From the sequence record MH051913: 64,000 bases of DNA; one strand, given 5' to 3'. The DNA comes from Enterobacteria phage vB_EcoM_IME281. The translations under genes were made by a program, and so were the position numbers. Below the pieces are notes generated by a model. It was not told the DNA's origin. It saw only the letters and a program-made list of their open reading frames with translations, and did not search any database. The stretch's first letter is position 1, and each line of letters starts with the position of its first letter. This document shows, in pieces, positions 46,524 through 56,109 of the stretch.

Positions 46524-49235
46524 ATGCAAGAATTCTATTTGACAGTCGAACAAATCGGTGATAATATTCTCGAACGTTACATCGATAAAAATGGTAACGA
46601 ACGTAGTCGTGAAGTTCCTTACAAGCCTACAATGTTTATGCATGCTAACCCAGAGCAAGCCGTAAAATATATTGACATCTACGGTAAGGGCTGTGTTAAG
46701 AAAGAATTCGATTCAATGCGCGATGCTTCTCAGTGGATGAAGCGCATGGACGATATGGGTCTCGAAGCCCTTGGTATGGACGACTATAAATTAGCCTATT
46801 TGTCTGATACCTATCGTAAAGAAATCAAGTATGATTCTTCCAAGATTCGTATTGCTAACTTCGACATCGAGGTAACATCCCCTGATGGATTCCCTGAACC
46901 TGCCCAGGCTAAACATCCTATCGATGCCATTACTCACTACGACTCGATTGATGATAAATTCTATGTATTTGACCTTTTAGTTTCACCTTACGGTACGGTC
47001 GAAGAGTGGTCGATTAAAATCGCTGAGAAACTCCAAGACGAAGGTGGTGACGAAGTTCCACAAGAAATCATTGACAAAATCGTTTATCTTCCGTTTAATT
47101 CTGAAGAAGAAATGATGCTTGAGTATCTGAATTTCTGGCAACAGAAAACTCCTGTGATTTTGACTGGATGGAACGTTGAATCATTTGACGTGCCATACGT
47201 TTATAACCGTCTGAAAAATCTGTTTGGTGAGAACACTGCTAAGCGATTAAGCCCACATCGTAAGACTCGTGTTAAAGTTATCGAGAATATGTACGGTGTT
47301 CGCGAAATTATTACACTGTTCGGTATCTCTGTTCTGGATTATATCGACCTTTATAAAAAATTCAGCTTTACTAACCAGCCTTCTTATTCTCTGGATTATG
47401 TTTCTGAATATGAATTGAAAGTAGGTAAGTTGAAATATGATGGTCCTATCTCCAAGTTACGTGAGACGAACCACCAACGATATATTTCCTATAACATTAT
47501 CGACGTATATCGTGTTGTGCAGATTGATATGAAACGCCAGTTCATTCTTCTTAGTCTGGACATGGGTTACTATGCCAAGATGCAGATTCAGTCGGTGTTC
47601 AGTCCAATTAAGACTTGGGACGCTATTATCTTTAATAGCCTTAAAGAACAGGGTAAAGTTATTCCTCAGGCCAAATCGCATGCGGTTCAACCTTATCCAG
47701 GTGCTTTCGTTAAGGAACCTATTCCTAACGCGTACAAATATGTAATGAGTTTCGACCTTACATCTCTGTACCCGAGTATCATTCGACAAGTGAATATAAG
47801 CCCAGAGACCATCGCAGGCACATTCGCCAACGCACCGATACATGAATATATTGCCGGAACTGCTCCGCGTCCTAGCGACACCTACAGTTGCTCTCCTAAC
47901 GGCATGATGTACTATAAAGACCGTGACGGTGTGATTCCTACAGAAATCACGAAGGTGTTCTTACAGCGTAAAGAACATAAAGGTTATATGCTTGCAGCTC
48001 AACGTAATGGTGAGTTAATTAAAGAAGCATTAGAAAATCCTAATCTGTCTGTTGATAGTCCACTGGATATCGATTATCGTTTCGACTTCTCTGACGAAAT
48101 CAAAGCTCAGATTAAAAAATTGTCAGCATCTTCTTTAAAAGAAATGTTGTTCAAAGCCGAACGTACTGAAGTCGCAGGTATGACTGCTCAGATTAACCGT
48201 AAGTTGCTTATCAACTCCCTTTATGGTGCACTTGGTAACGTATGGTTCCGTTACTATGACCTCAGGAACGCAACTGCAATCACATTGTTTGGTCAAATGG
48301 CCCTCCAATGGATTGAACGTAAGGTTAACGAATATCTGAATGGCGTGTGCAAGACTGAAAACCAGAAGTTCGTGCTCTATGGTGATACTGACTCCATTTA
48401 TGTTAAGGCTGACGCAATCATCAATAAAGTAGGCGAAGACAAATTCCGTGATACCAACCATTGGGTAGACTTCTTAGATAAATTTGCACGTGAACGTATG
48501 GAACCGGCTATTGATGCAGGCTTCCGTGAGATGTGCGAATACATGAACAACAAACAGCACTTGATGTTCATGGACCGAGAAGCTATCGCTGGTCCTCCGC
48601 TTGGTTCTAAAGGTCTTGGTGGATTCTGGACAGGCAAGAAACGTTATGCACTGAACGTTTGGGACATGGAAGGTACTCGTTATGCCGAACCACACTTGAA
48701 AATCATGGGTCTCGAAACTCAGAAATCAAGTACGCCTAAAGCGGTTCAGAAAGCACTGAAAGAATGTATCCGTCGTATGCTTCAAGAAGGCGAGGCTTCT
48801 TTGCAAGAATATTTCAAACAGTTTAATAAGGAATTTAACGAATTAGACTATGTAAGCATTGCTGCAGTATCCAGTGCTAACAACATCGAGAAATATAATG
48901 AAGGCGGATTCCCTGGTTCTAAATGCCCGTACCACATCAAAGGTTGCTTAGCTTACATGCGTGCTTCTGCTGGTGATTTGACTATGCCTCGTATCGTTGA
49001 TGGTGAAAAGGTATATGTACTGCCACTTAAAGAAGGCAACCCGTTCGGTGAAGCTTGTATGGCATGGCCGTCAGGTATTGAACTTCCGATTCAGATTCGT
49101 GACCAAGTCCTCCGTTGGATGGACTACAACGTACTGTTCCAAAAGACCTTTATCAAACCTCTGACCGGTTTTACTGAGTCTGCTAAAATCGACTACGAGA
49201 AAAAAGCAACATTATTTGACATGTTTGACTTTTAA
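46524..49235 (+). CDS. 43: DNA polymerase gp43 (family B)
   Basis: 903 aa from ATG 46524 (track started at TTG 46464); exonuclease FDIEV, pol motifs SLYPSI and YGDTDS; near-collinear with recalled RB69/T4 gp43. Confidence 0.97.
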   Translation: MQEFYLTVEQIGDNILERYIDKNGNERSREVPYKPTMFMHANPEQAVKYIDIYGKGCVKKEFDSMRDASQWMKRMDDMGLEALGMDDYKLAYLSDTYRKEIKYDSSKIRIANFDIEVTSPDGFPEPAQAKHPIDAITHYDSIDDKFYVFDLLVSPYGTVEEWSIKIAEKLQDEGGDEVPQEIIDKIVYLPFNSEEEMMLEYLNFWQQKTPVILTGWNVESFDVPYVYNRLKNLFGENTAKRLSPHRKTRVKVIENMYGVREIITLFGISVLDYIDLYKKFSFTNQPSYSLDYVSEYELKVGKLKYDGPISKLRETNHQRYISYNIIDVYRVVQIDMKRQFILLSLDMGYYAKMQIQSVFSPIKTWDAIIFNSLKEQGKVIPQAKSHAVQPYPGAFVKEPIPNAYKYVMSFDLTSLYPSIIRQVNISPETIAGTFANAPIHEYIAGTAPRPSDTYSCSPNGMMYYKDRDGVIPTEITKVFLQRKEHKGYMLAAQRNGELIKEALENPNLSVDSPLDIDYRFDFSDEIKAQIKKLSASSLKEMLFKAERTEVAGMTAQINRKLLINSLYGALGNVWFRYYDLRNATAITLFGQMALQWIERKVNEYLNGVCKTENQKFVLYGDTDSIYVKADAIINKVGEDKFRDTNHWVDFLDKFARERMEPAIDAGFREMCEYMNNKQHLMFMDREAIAGPPLGSKGLGGFWTGKKRYALNVWDMEGTRYAEPHLKIMGLETQKSSTPKAVQKALKECIRRMLQEGEASLQEYFKQFNKEFNELDYVSIAAVSSANNIEKYNEGGFPGSKCPYHIKGCLAYMRASAGDLTMPRIVDGEKVYVLPLKEGNPFGEACMAWPSGIELPIQIRDQVLRWMDYNVLFQKTFIKPLTGFTESAKIDYEKKATLFDMFDF

Positions 49236-49237
49236 GT

Positions 49238-49267
49238 GTTTACATACCACATGGAACGTGGTAGTAT
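49238..49267 (+). promoter_or_regulatory. early promoter upstream of imm-like gene
   Basis: GTTTAC, 18 nt, TAGTAT; CCTATCAACTACATGAGGA leader resembles cassette core. Confidence 0.5.
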
Positions 49268-49297
49268 CCTTCCTATCAACTACATGAGGAAATTATA

Positions 49298-49534
49298 ATG
49301 GAAGCTTTAATCGTTAGTGCTGGTGTTTTAGGATTCGGTTCTCTGGTTATTATGTTCATTGGTTACTTTTTACCATGGATTCTGGCCCTTCTGCGAGGCA
49401 CTCGTAGCAATGTCGGAATCTTCTTCCTTAATCTCCTGTTAGGGTGGACGATGATTGGTTGGGTAGTGGCTTTAATCTGGGCTATCGTCGCTGAACGTAA
49501 ATCAAACGCACAAATCATTATCGTTAAACAATGA
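49298..49534 (+). CDS. imm: superinfection immunity protein Imm-like (78 aa)
   Basis: Two TM helices; immediately downstream of gene 43 as T4 imm; positional. Confidence 0.5.
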   Translation: MEALIVSAGVLGFGSLVIMFIGYFLPWILALLRGTRSNVGIFFLNLLLGWTMIGWVVALIWAIVAERKSNAQIIIVKQ

Positions 49535-49668
49535 AGATAATTATTTTATTTCTTATAATGGCTGCCTTTACCGTTTATTGGGCAGTGGCAATTCCTCCAA
49601 TGATTCCAACATTAATCATGGGATGGATTATTCTTATAGCACAAATTAAGTATAACTGTTTTAATTGA
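49531..49668 (+). CDS. small membrane protein (45 aa)
   Basis: Not in ORF track; ATGA overlap with imm stop; hydrophobic. Confidence 0.4.
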   Translation: MKIIILFLIMAAFTVYWAVAIPPMIPTLIMGWIILIAQIKYNCFN

Positions 49669-49675
49669 GGATATT

Positions 49676-50176
49676 ATGAAAAAGTTAATTATCGCAATGA
49701 GTATGCTCCTATCAGGTTGCGCAGTCCAATATGGTGATGCAGTTTCTGCTGATGAAGTTGGTAAAGCTCGTATCGCAGCTGAACAGAAACAATTCGACGG
49801 CGAAATGAAATTCCGTGCCGGTTCTGGACTTGTGTACACCCGAGCTAATAATCAATGTGGTAATAACTGTGCAAAATATGCTCAAAGGGAAATCGAATTC
49901 CAACGTGAACAAGAGTCTAAGCGTGAAGCGGTACTAGCCAAACACCAGGCAGAAATGAAGCGCCAAGATGATTTGTACAAAAAGCAGAAACTGTATGCCA
50001 TGTGTGTAAACCATATCAATCTACAGATTTCTGTCCACGAGGCTCGTTATTACGAAATGCTCGAAACCGAGAGCTTCGATAAGGCTCGTGATTATAAGAA
50101 ACAAATCAACAAGCTTAAGACCAAAGTGCCTGCTGCAGTAGAACAGTGCATGGAATACGGTAAAGATAAGATTTAA
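49676..50176 (+). CDS. putative lipoprotein with coiled coil (166 aa)
   Basis: Signal peptide with lipobox LLSGC. Confidence 0.5.
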   Translation: MKKLIIAMSMLLSGCAVQYGDAVSADEVGKARIAAEQKQFDGEMKFRAGSGLVYTRANNQCGNNCAKYAQREIEFQREQESKREAVLAKHQAEMKRQDDLYKKQKLYAMCVNHINLQISVHEARYYEMLETESFDKARDYKKQINKLKTKVPAAVEQCMEYGKDKI

Positions 50177-50237
50177 GCAATAGAAATTTATTAAAAAATA
50201 GTGTATAATGTACCTACATTCACTTGAGGAACAGATA

Positions 50238-51911
50238 ATGAAAAAGGTTGTTATTTTAGGCGCAGGTCTTGGCTCACGGTTGTATCCAATTACTAACGAA
50301 ATCCCAAAGGTATTGGTTAACTACAAACAACATACGGTATTAAAACATTTGTATGATTTGTATAGTAACCAATCAGATGAAATTATTCTGGTTATTCACA
50401 GCAAATTTAACGACCTCGTTAAAGGCTATATTAAATCCATTAACATGATTACTGGTGATAAGCCTAAATTCACTATTCGTAACGTTGATGTTGCTAATGG
50501 TTCAGCTCATGCTATCGATTGCATTGCCGAAGATATCATTGGCCATAATGTCCTGTTTAACTGGTGTGACATCATTCCTATCGGTCATAAAGTTGAATGG
50601 GGTAACGACTATTGTTATACCTATGGAACTGACTGTCGCTTTACATTTGAAGAACCGTACTTACGTGAAATTGGTACCGGTGGCGGTGTAGTTGGTTTGT
50701 ATCAGGTAGCCAATTGGACAGGTTTCGACCGTTCTAATTATGGCGAAGACCTTGCTGATAACCTGGATTCAATGGTCTATTTGACTGAACGTAAACTGGA
50801 TTTTGTAGTTGATGTCGGTGACAAATTGAAACTTGCCAAGGCCCATGAAGATTCTGAAATTAACCGTGAATTTAATAAATTAGAGTTCACCGAGAATCTG
50901 GCTATTAAAGTACCAACTAACGAATTAGGTAAAGAAATTCAATCTAAAGAAATCAATTGGTATAATTCTATTGATTCTGAATTCGTTCCTAGCATTGTAG
51001 ACTTTTCTCCAGGCGAATTCATTAAAATGGAACGTATCTTTGGTCGTACCATGGCAGATGCCTACCGGTTTATGTCCAAAGAAACTAAAGTCCTCATGGT
51101 TTATAAGGTCATTAGTGCATTACGTTCATTCGGTGGAACTATCGATAACCCGTCCGATGAGCAGTGGTATTCCGATGTTAAGAAAGAAGTATTGGACAAG
51201 GTCCTTATTCGTAATGCTTCTATTGCCGGATTGATTGAAGGCTTTGCTCCACAGGGCATTACCCATGTTAACGATTTCAAAGTAGGCGACCCCGAAAAAC
51301 TTCTCCGCCATGCACTAGAAATTCTGTCCGAACATAAAGAACCGTACCAACTTATTCACGGCGACCCGCACTACAGTAATATTATGTTGTCGGATGAAGG
51401 TGATATTAAAATCATCGACCCGCGTGGTTATTTTGGTAATAGTTCTAAAGGCCCTGCGATTTATGATGAAGCTAAGGTGCTTTATTCTATCGATGGCTAT
51501 GACAAATTTAACTCAGACCCTCTATGGGGTGGATTAACTCGTAACGGAACCCGTGTATTCGTTGATATCGAAAAGGTTATGCCTTTAGACGATATTCCTA
51601 TGTGCACATTTAAGCACAAGCTCTGGATTGCTGTTATTTGGATGGCTCTGGCAGGTTACTTTAAGAATAACCCTCTGAAAGCTCTGGGTGCTTATTATAA
51701 CGGTTTGTATCAACTGAGTGTGCTGCTTAAGCGGCATCCTCGTAAGCGTAAGCTTATCACAGGTGAATTTGTCGATGAAGTTCGTGACCCTATCACGGCT
51801 CAAATTATTACTCGTTGCCCTGATAAGTGGGTTTTGCTTGACCAGGAAACTGGTGTAAAATATAAACCTACAGGTTCTACTGAACTCCACAAACAATGGA
51901 AGAAAATTTAA
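50238..51911 (+). CDS. bifunctional sugar-1-phosphate nucleotidyltransferase / APH-type kinase (557 aa)
   Basis: N-terminal ILGAGLGSRLYPIT..PKVLV matches NDP-sugar pyrophosphorylase G-x-G-x-R signature; C-terminal LIHGDPHYSNIML..IIDPRGYFG matches HGDxHxxN kinase motif; GAGGAA RBS (M11 of track ORF). Confidence 0.6.
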   Translation: MKKVVILGAGLGSRLYPITNEIPKVLVNYKQHTVLKHLYDLYSNQSDEIILVIHSKFNDLVKGYIKSINMITGDKPKFTIRNVDVANGSAHAIDCIAEDIIGHNVLFNWCDIIPIGHKVEWGNDYCYTYGTDCRFTFEEPYLREIGTGGGVVGLYQVANWTGFDRSNYGEDLADNLDSMVYLTERKLDFVVDVGDKLKLAKAHEDSEINREFNKLEFTENLAIKVPTNELGKEIQSKEINWYNSIDSEFVPSIVDFSPGEFIKMERIFGRTMADAYRFMSKETKVLMVYKVISALRSFGGTIDNPSDEQWYSDVKKEVLDKVLIRNASIAGLIEGFAPQGITHVNDFKVGDPEKLLRHALEILSEHKEPYQLIHGDPHYSNIMLSDEGDIKIIDPRGYFGNSSKGPAIYDEAKVLYSIDGYDKFNSDPLWGGLTRNGTRVFVDIEKVMPLDDIPMCTFKHKLWIAVIWMALAGYFKNNPLKALGAYYNGLYQLSVLLKRHPRKRKLITGEFVDEVRDPITAQIITRCPDKWVLLDQETGVKYKPTGSTELHKQWKKI

Positions 51912-52294
51912 TGTCGCATCGAGTAGAAAATAAGCCACATTTATGTTTTGATATCGATAACACAATCACGATTTGGAACCATGACCGTGATTATGAGAAC
52001 TTTAAACCGGACACCGAAATGGTGTCCATGATTAATAAGCTTTATGATGAAGGGTACGAGATTACATTATTCACTGCCCGCGGCATGACTTCATGTGGCC
52101 CAGGTCGAATCTTGGTTGAAGTAGTTCCTGCATTGGTTAAGAACCTTGAAAAGATTGGATTGAAATATCATAATCTGCTTACGCATAAGCCGAGTTATAC
52201 TTTTATCATCGATGACCGAGCAATCCGTCCTGACCACTTTAAAGAAATGGTTCGTGAAGGAACTCTTGATAGTTATAAGGCCTATCATCCATGA
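51911..52294 (+). CDS. HAD-family phosphatase-like protein (127 aa)
   Basis: Motif I CFDIDNTIT; motif II-like LFTARG; TAATG coupling to upstream gene. Confidence 0.5.
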   Translation: MSHRVENKPHLCFDIDNTITIWNHDRDYENFKPDTEMVSMINKLYDEGYEITLFTARGMTSCGPGRILVEVVPALVKNLEKIGLKYHNLLTHKPSYTFIIDDRAIRPDHFKEMVREGTLDSYKAYHP

Positions 52295-52827
52295 ATCCAA
52301 AAATCATTGTTATAGACGGCCCGGATAATTCCGGGAAGTCCACTTTAATTAAAAATCTGTTATCCAATAAGAAATACCGCCTTATTGATTTTCCTAAAAA
52401 GATTAATGGCAAGTGTATTTCATTAGGAACTGATAACGATAAGGCTTTAGTTGAAACTCTGTATAAGTTTTTAGACCCTAATTTCGTTTATATCCTTGAC
52501 CGTGGTTATCCAAGTAATATTGTTTACTCAGGATTCCTTCGTGGTGAAATGGACCCTTATGTAGAACTGGAAGATTGGAAAGGGTTTAAATCCGAATTTA
52601 ACGTTATCGAGGTTATTTTAACTCGCAATCCATTAGACGAAGACTTCGAAGACGACCTTATTAAATTAACCAAAGATGAGTTCAACCTAACTATCCGGCA
52701 ATACGAAACATGTTTTGAAAACGTGTTTAAAATCTTAAATCATGACGGCCATAATAATTTGCTTAATGTTGATATGGTAGAATTAAAACGTCTGAACGAA
52801 TATATTGAAAATAAGGTGAATAAATGA
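52291..52827 (+). CDS. P-loop nucleotide/nucleoside kinase-like protein (178 aa)
   Basis: Walker A VIDGPDNSGKST near N-terminus, like thymidylate/dNMP kinases. Confidence 0.5.
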   Translation: MNPKIIVIDGPDNSGKSTLIKNLLSNKKYRLIDFPKKINGKCISLGTDNDKALVETLYKFLDPNFVYILDRGYPSNIVYSGFLRGEMDPYVELEDWKGFKSEFNVIEVILTRNPLDEDFEDDLIKLTKDEFNLTIRQYETCFENVFKILNHDGHNNLLNVDMVELKRLNEYIENKVNK

Positions 52828-53522
52828 AACACATTACCGCTGTTAGTTTTGAAAATGCATTTAAACAAATGAACGAAGAAATCCTGGAAGCTCCACAGTT
52901 TGCAGTTGATTCTCGTATCGGACGTTGTTATGAAATTGGTTCTGCTTCGGTAGAAGTACTGGATGCAAGCACCTATAAATTCACCGACCCACGTATCAAT
53001 CGTATTAGTTATGAATATGCCGAATCCTTTTGGAAATTTATGATTTCTGGTGGTACTGACGCTGCCGAAGCATTTAAGGAATACCCTAATGTTGCTAAGT
53101 TCATTGATAAGCCGAAAAGTGATGTATTGCCTGCAAACTTCAACACTTTCTATGGACCTCGAATTGTGGCCCAACTCCCAGCCCTACTTAAAGAGCTTAA
53201 AGAAAAGGCTAACTCGCGAAGAGTTGTGTTCCAGATTCTCCAAGAACAAGACCAAGCCCTCCTTGATTCTGACGAATCCTTAGAATATCCTTGCACCGAT
53301 TCGGTAACGTATTATATTCGTGACGGACGTTTGTATGCACACACCCATATGCGTTCACAAAACTGCGCCGTTGTTATGCAGCTGGATTTCTATCTGCAGG
53401 GTAAACTGATGGCATTTATTGCTGAACAGTGTGGTGTCGGTTTAGGTACATATTCCCACACCATGGTAAGTGCACACGTGTTTGAACGTGATTTTGACTA
53501 CGTCCGAGGTTTCCTGAAATGA
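52824..53522 (+). CDS. 42: thymidylate synthase-fold pyrimidine hydroxymethylase (probable dCMP hydroxymethylase)
   Basis: YPCT active-site Cys context and HMRSQNCAVVMQLDFY..HTMVSAHVF align with thymidylate synthase family (MYQRSCD..NIASY..DTHLY); occupies gene 42 position. Confidence 0.55.
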   Translation: MKHITAVSFENAFKQMNEEILEAPQFAVDSRIGRCYEIGSASVEVLDASTYKFTDPRINRISYEYAESFWKFMISGGTDAAEAFKEYPNVAKFIDKPKSDVLPANFNTFYGPRIVAQLPALLKELKEKANSRRVVFQILQEQDQALLDSDESLEYPCTDSVTYYIRDGRLYAHTHMRSQNCAVVMQLDFYLQGKLMAFIAEQCGVGLGTYSHTMVSAHVFERDFDYVRGFLK

Positions 53523-54412
53523 GTTTGTTTATCGTTCCTATTTTCAGTATGCGTAGTTACGAAACAGGTGAATATGCCGTCCTTAAGGACGGCAATTTTC
53601 AACTCCATTTAAATCGTGCTCGTCCAGGTGATTATCTGGCTTATCCTAGAAATTCGAGCGATATCAAAGAATGCATTGAATTATTCCCAGAACTGAATTT
53701 CGTACCACTTTGGTATAAAGAAAATGCTTATGAAACCCGTAAACATTTCTGGTCTGAAAATGAGTTTGTAGTCGATTCACTAATCGAATACTATGATTGC
53801 TCAGGACTGGTGACCGATATCACCGGTTATGATGGTGCTCATACTGTACAATTCAACTTTAATATCACAATGGACCCTGAAGTTCCTCGTTATTATATCG
53901 ACGAGTTCATTGATATTGATGTGGCTTCAGTTGAACGTTCACTTTATACTACAGTCTTGAATCAATGCCAGAAAGACGTCCTGGTGTCACGAGGTGCATC
54001 CTCTGATAAGATTTTTGTAGACCAAAAGGTAATTAATCCTGCAGTAATTGAGCGTTACTCTGAAGGTCTAGCGCCTATTAAAATTGATGGTATTTTCCAT
54101 CCATTCCGTATTTCGGATAAGTGTTATCAATTCGAAAGAGTTGTAGACCAAGCTGCCGCTGAAGGTGCTCGTCTTTATATCACCGACCCTAATGATTCAT
54201 TTAAGCGCGAAGACTATCGTCCTGATGTAGAGATTATTAAATTCAAACCGAGTAAGGTTGAATATTATCAAATTCTGAAATCAAGACCACATATCATTTA
54301 TCATGAGAACCCAGGTTTAGTATTCCATCCTGGTCTGGCTGAATTCATTTATTTCGGTGCCAATATTCATTCTGAATACGAAATGCCACGTTATGAGGAC
54401 GTAGTATGCTAG
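53519..54412 (+). CDS. hypothetical protein (297 aa), candidate DNA sugar transferase by position
   Basis: Sits where T4 has beta-gt, downstream of the NDP-sugar module; no glycosyltransferase motif recognised. Confidence 0.4.
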   Translation: MSLFIVPIFSMRSYETGEYAVLKDGNFQLHLNRARPGDYLAYPRNSSDIKECIELFPELNFVPLWYKENAYETRKHFWSENEFVVDSLIEYYDCSGLVTDITGYDGAHTVQFNFNITMDPEVPRYYIDEFIDIDVASVERSLYTTVLNQCQKDVLVSRGASSDKIFVDQKVINPAVIERYSEGLAPIKIDGIFHPFRISDKCYQFERVVDQAAAEGARLYITDPNDSFKREDYRPDVEIIKFKPSKVEYYQILKSRPHIIYHENPGLVFHPGLAEFIYFGANIHSEYEMPRYEDVVC

Positions 54413-54537
54413 GTCCTCTATTGCTTTTTATAGGTTTGGTATTATTCTCTTTCGGAGCCTTGCTATTATTAGTGTGGCTCGAGAAACGAGAAGTTCGGAA
54501 GATAGTCGATAAGGCTATCAACCGAGGAATTAAGTAA
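54406..54537 (+). CDS. small membrane protein (43 aa)
   Basis: Not in ORF track; GAGGAC RBS; hydrophobic. Confidence 0.35.
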   Translation: MLGPLLLFIGLVLFSFGALLLLVWLEKREVRKIVDKAINRGIK

Positions 54538-54614
54538 TGCTGTAGCTGTGAAGTGATATAATTACCCTATCTTAAAACGTGAGAAAAATATAATGATGCC
54601 TATGGAAAAATATA

Positions 54615-55787
54615 ATGTCTGATTTAAAATCCCGTTTGATTAAAGCTTCTACTTCTAAAATGACTGCCGACCTGACCAAATCTAAATTGTTTAATGGTCG
54701 TGACGAAGTTCCTACTCGTATTCCTATGCTTAATATTGCATTGGGTGGTGCGTTGAATGCAGGCTTACAATCAGGTTTGACAATCTTTGCTGCACCGTCT
54801 AAACACTTTAAAACGTTGTTTGGATTAACTATGGTTGCGGCATATATGAAGAAATATCCAGACGCAATTTGCTTGTTCTATGACTCTGAGTTCGGTGCTT
54901 CAGAATCTTATTTCCGTTCAATGGGTGTTGACCTGGAACGTGTAGTTCATACGCCAATCCAGTCAGTCGAACAACTGAAGGTTGACATGACCAACCAATT
55001 AGAAGAAATTACTCGTGGTGAAAAGGTTATTATCTTTATCGACTCCATCGGTAACACTGCTTCTAAGAAAGAAACCGAAGATGCTTTGAACGAGAAAGTT
55101 GTAGGTGATATGACTCGTGCTAAGTCTCTGAAATCTCTGTTCCGTATCGTAACACCTTATCTGACTATCAAGGATATTCCTTGCGTAGCAATTAACCATA
55201 CGGCTATGGAAATTGGTGGAATGTATCCTAAAGAGATTATGGGTGGCGGTACTGGTATTCTGTACTCTGCTTCTACCGTATTCTTTATCTCTAAACGTCA
55301 GGTTAAAGATGGTACCGAGCTCACTGGTTATGACTTCACCCTGAAGGCCGAAAAATCTCGTACTGTTAAAGAGAAATCAACGTTCCCAATTACTGTGAAC
55401 TTTGAAGGCGGTATCGACCCGTTTAGTGGTCTGCTCGAAATGGCTACTGATATCGGTTTTGTCGTGAAACCTAAAGCCGGTTGGTATAATCGTGCATTCC
55501 TTGACGAAACCACGGGTGAAATGGTTCAAGAAGAAAAAGCATGGCGTGCTAAAGCTACCGATTGCGTTGAGTTCTGGGGACCGCTGTTTAAACATGCTCC
55601 GTTCCGTGAAGCAATCGAGAATAAGTATAAGCTCGGTGCAATTAATTCTATTAAAGAAGTTGACGATGCAGTGAACGACCTTATTAACTCTCGTGTCTCT
55701 AAGAACGTTGCTGTTAAATTAGGTGGAAATACCCAAAGCGCCGCTGATATCGAAAACGATTTAGAAGAGATGGATTTAGATGACTGA
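54615..55787 (+). CDS. uvsX: UvsX recombinase (RecA-like)
   Basis: 390 aa; MSDLKSRLIKASTSK..; Walker A GPSKHFKT; near-collinear with recalled T4 UvsX. Confidence 0.95.
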   Translation: MSDLKSRLIKASTSKMTADLTKSKLFNGRDEVPTRIPMLNIALGGALNAGLQSGLTIFAAPSKHFKTLFGLTMVAAYMKKYPDAICLFYDSEFGASESYFRSMGVDLERVVHTPIQSVEQLKVDMTNQLEEITRGEKVIIFIDSIGNTASKKETEDALNEKVVGDMTRAKSLKSLFRIVTPYLTIKDIPCVAINHTAMEIGGMYPKEIMGGGTGILYSASTVFFISKRQVKDGTELTGYDFTLKAEKSRTVKEKSTFPITVNFEGGIDPFSGLLEMATDIGFVVKPKAGWYNRAFLDETTGEMVQEEKAWRAKATDCVEFWGPLFKHAPFREAIENKYKLGAINSIKEVDDAVNDLINSRVSKNVAVKLGGNTQSAADIENDLEEMDLDD

Positions 55788-56109
55788 TTTATCTGATTTA
55801 GATAATTTTGTTAAAGACACTGAAGAGGGTCCTAGTGACCCTCGTTATTATGAGAAATCGTTAGATATAATCCGTAAGTCAATGGGTTCGGTTAAGCAGG
55901 AAATTATGCTTACTTTACCCGATGGCACTGCTCACATCGTTTATGTGATGAATATTGTTATTGAGAAAGATGGAAAAGTGTCGGTTGATTTCGGAACGCC
56001 TTCCGAAGACCGAAAAGAAGAGCTAGCGCTTCATGTAGAAAAATGTGTTACAATGCAAATACAAGAAGAACTGGATAAAATTAAATCTAAGAGGTGGTGG
56101 AAGTGGTAG
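55780..56109 (+). CDS. 40: gp40-like protein (109 aa)
   Basis: Size and position between uvsX and 41 as T4 gene 40; positional. Confidence 0.5.
   Translation: MTDLSDLDNFVKDTEEGPSDPRYYEKSLDIIRKSMGSVKQEIMLTLPDGTAHIVYVMNIVIEKDGKVSVDFGTPSEDRKEELALHVEKCVTMQIQEELDKIKSKRWWKW

Noticed and set aside
47457-47843. Minus-strand ORFs inside gene 43 (also 47693-47881, 48135-48461, 48398-48637, 48474-48695) and similar antisense ORFs inside 46, 47, uvsX, 41 and 61
   Set aside because: Embedded antisense in genes with strong protein-level identity; no RBS; frames are by-products of the coding strand.
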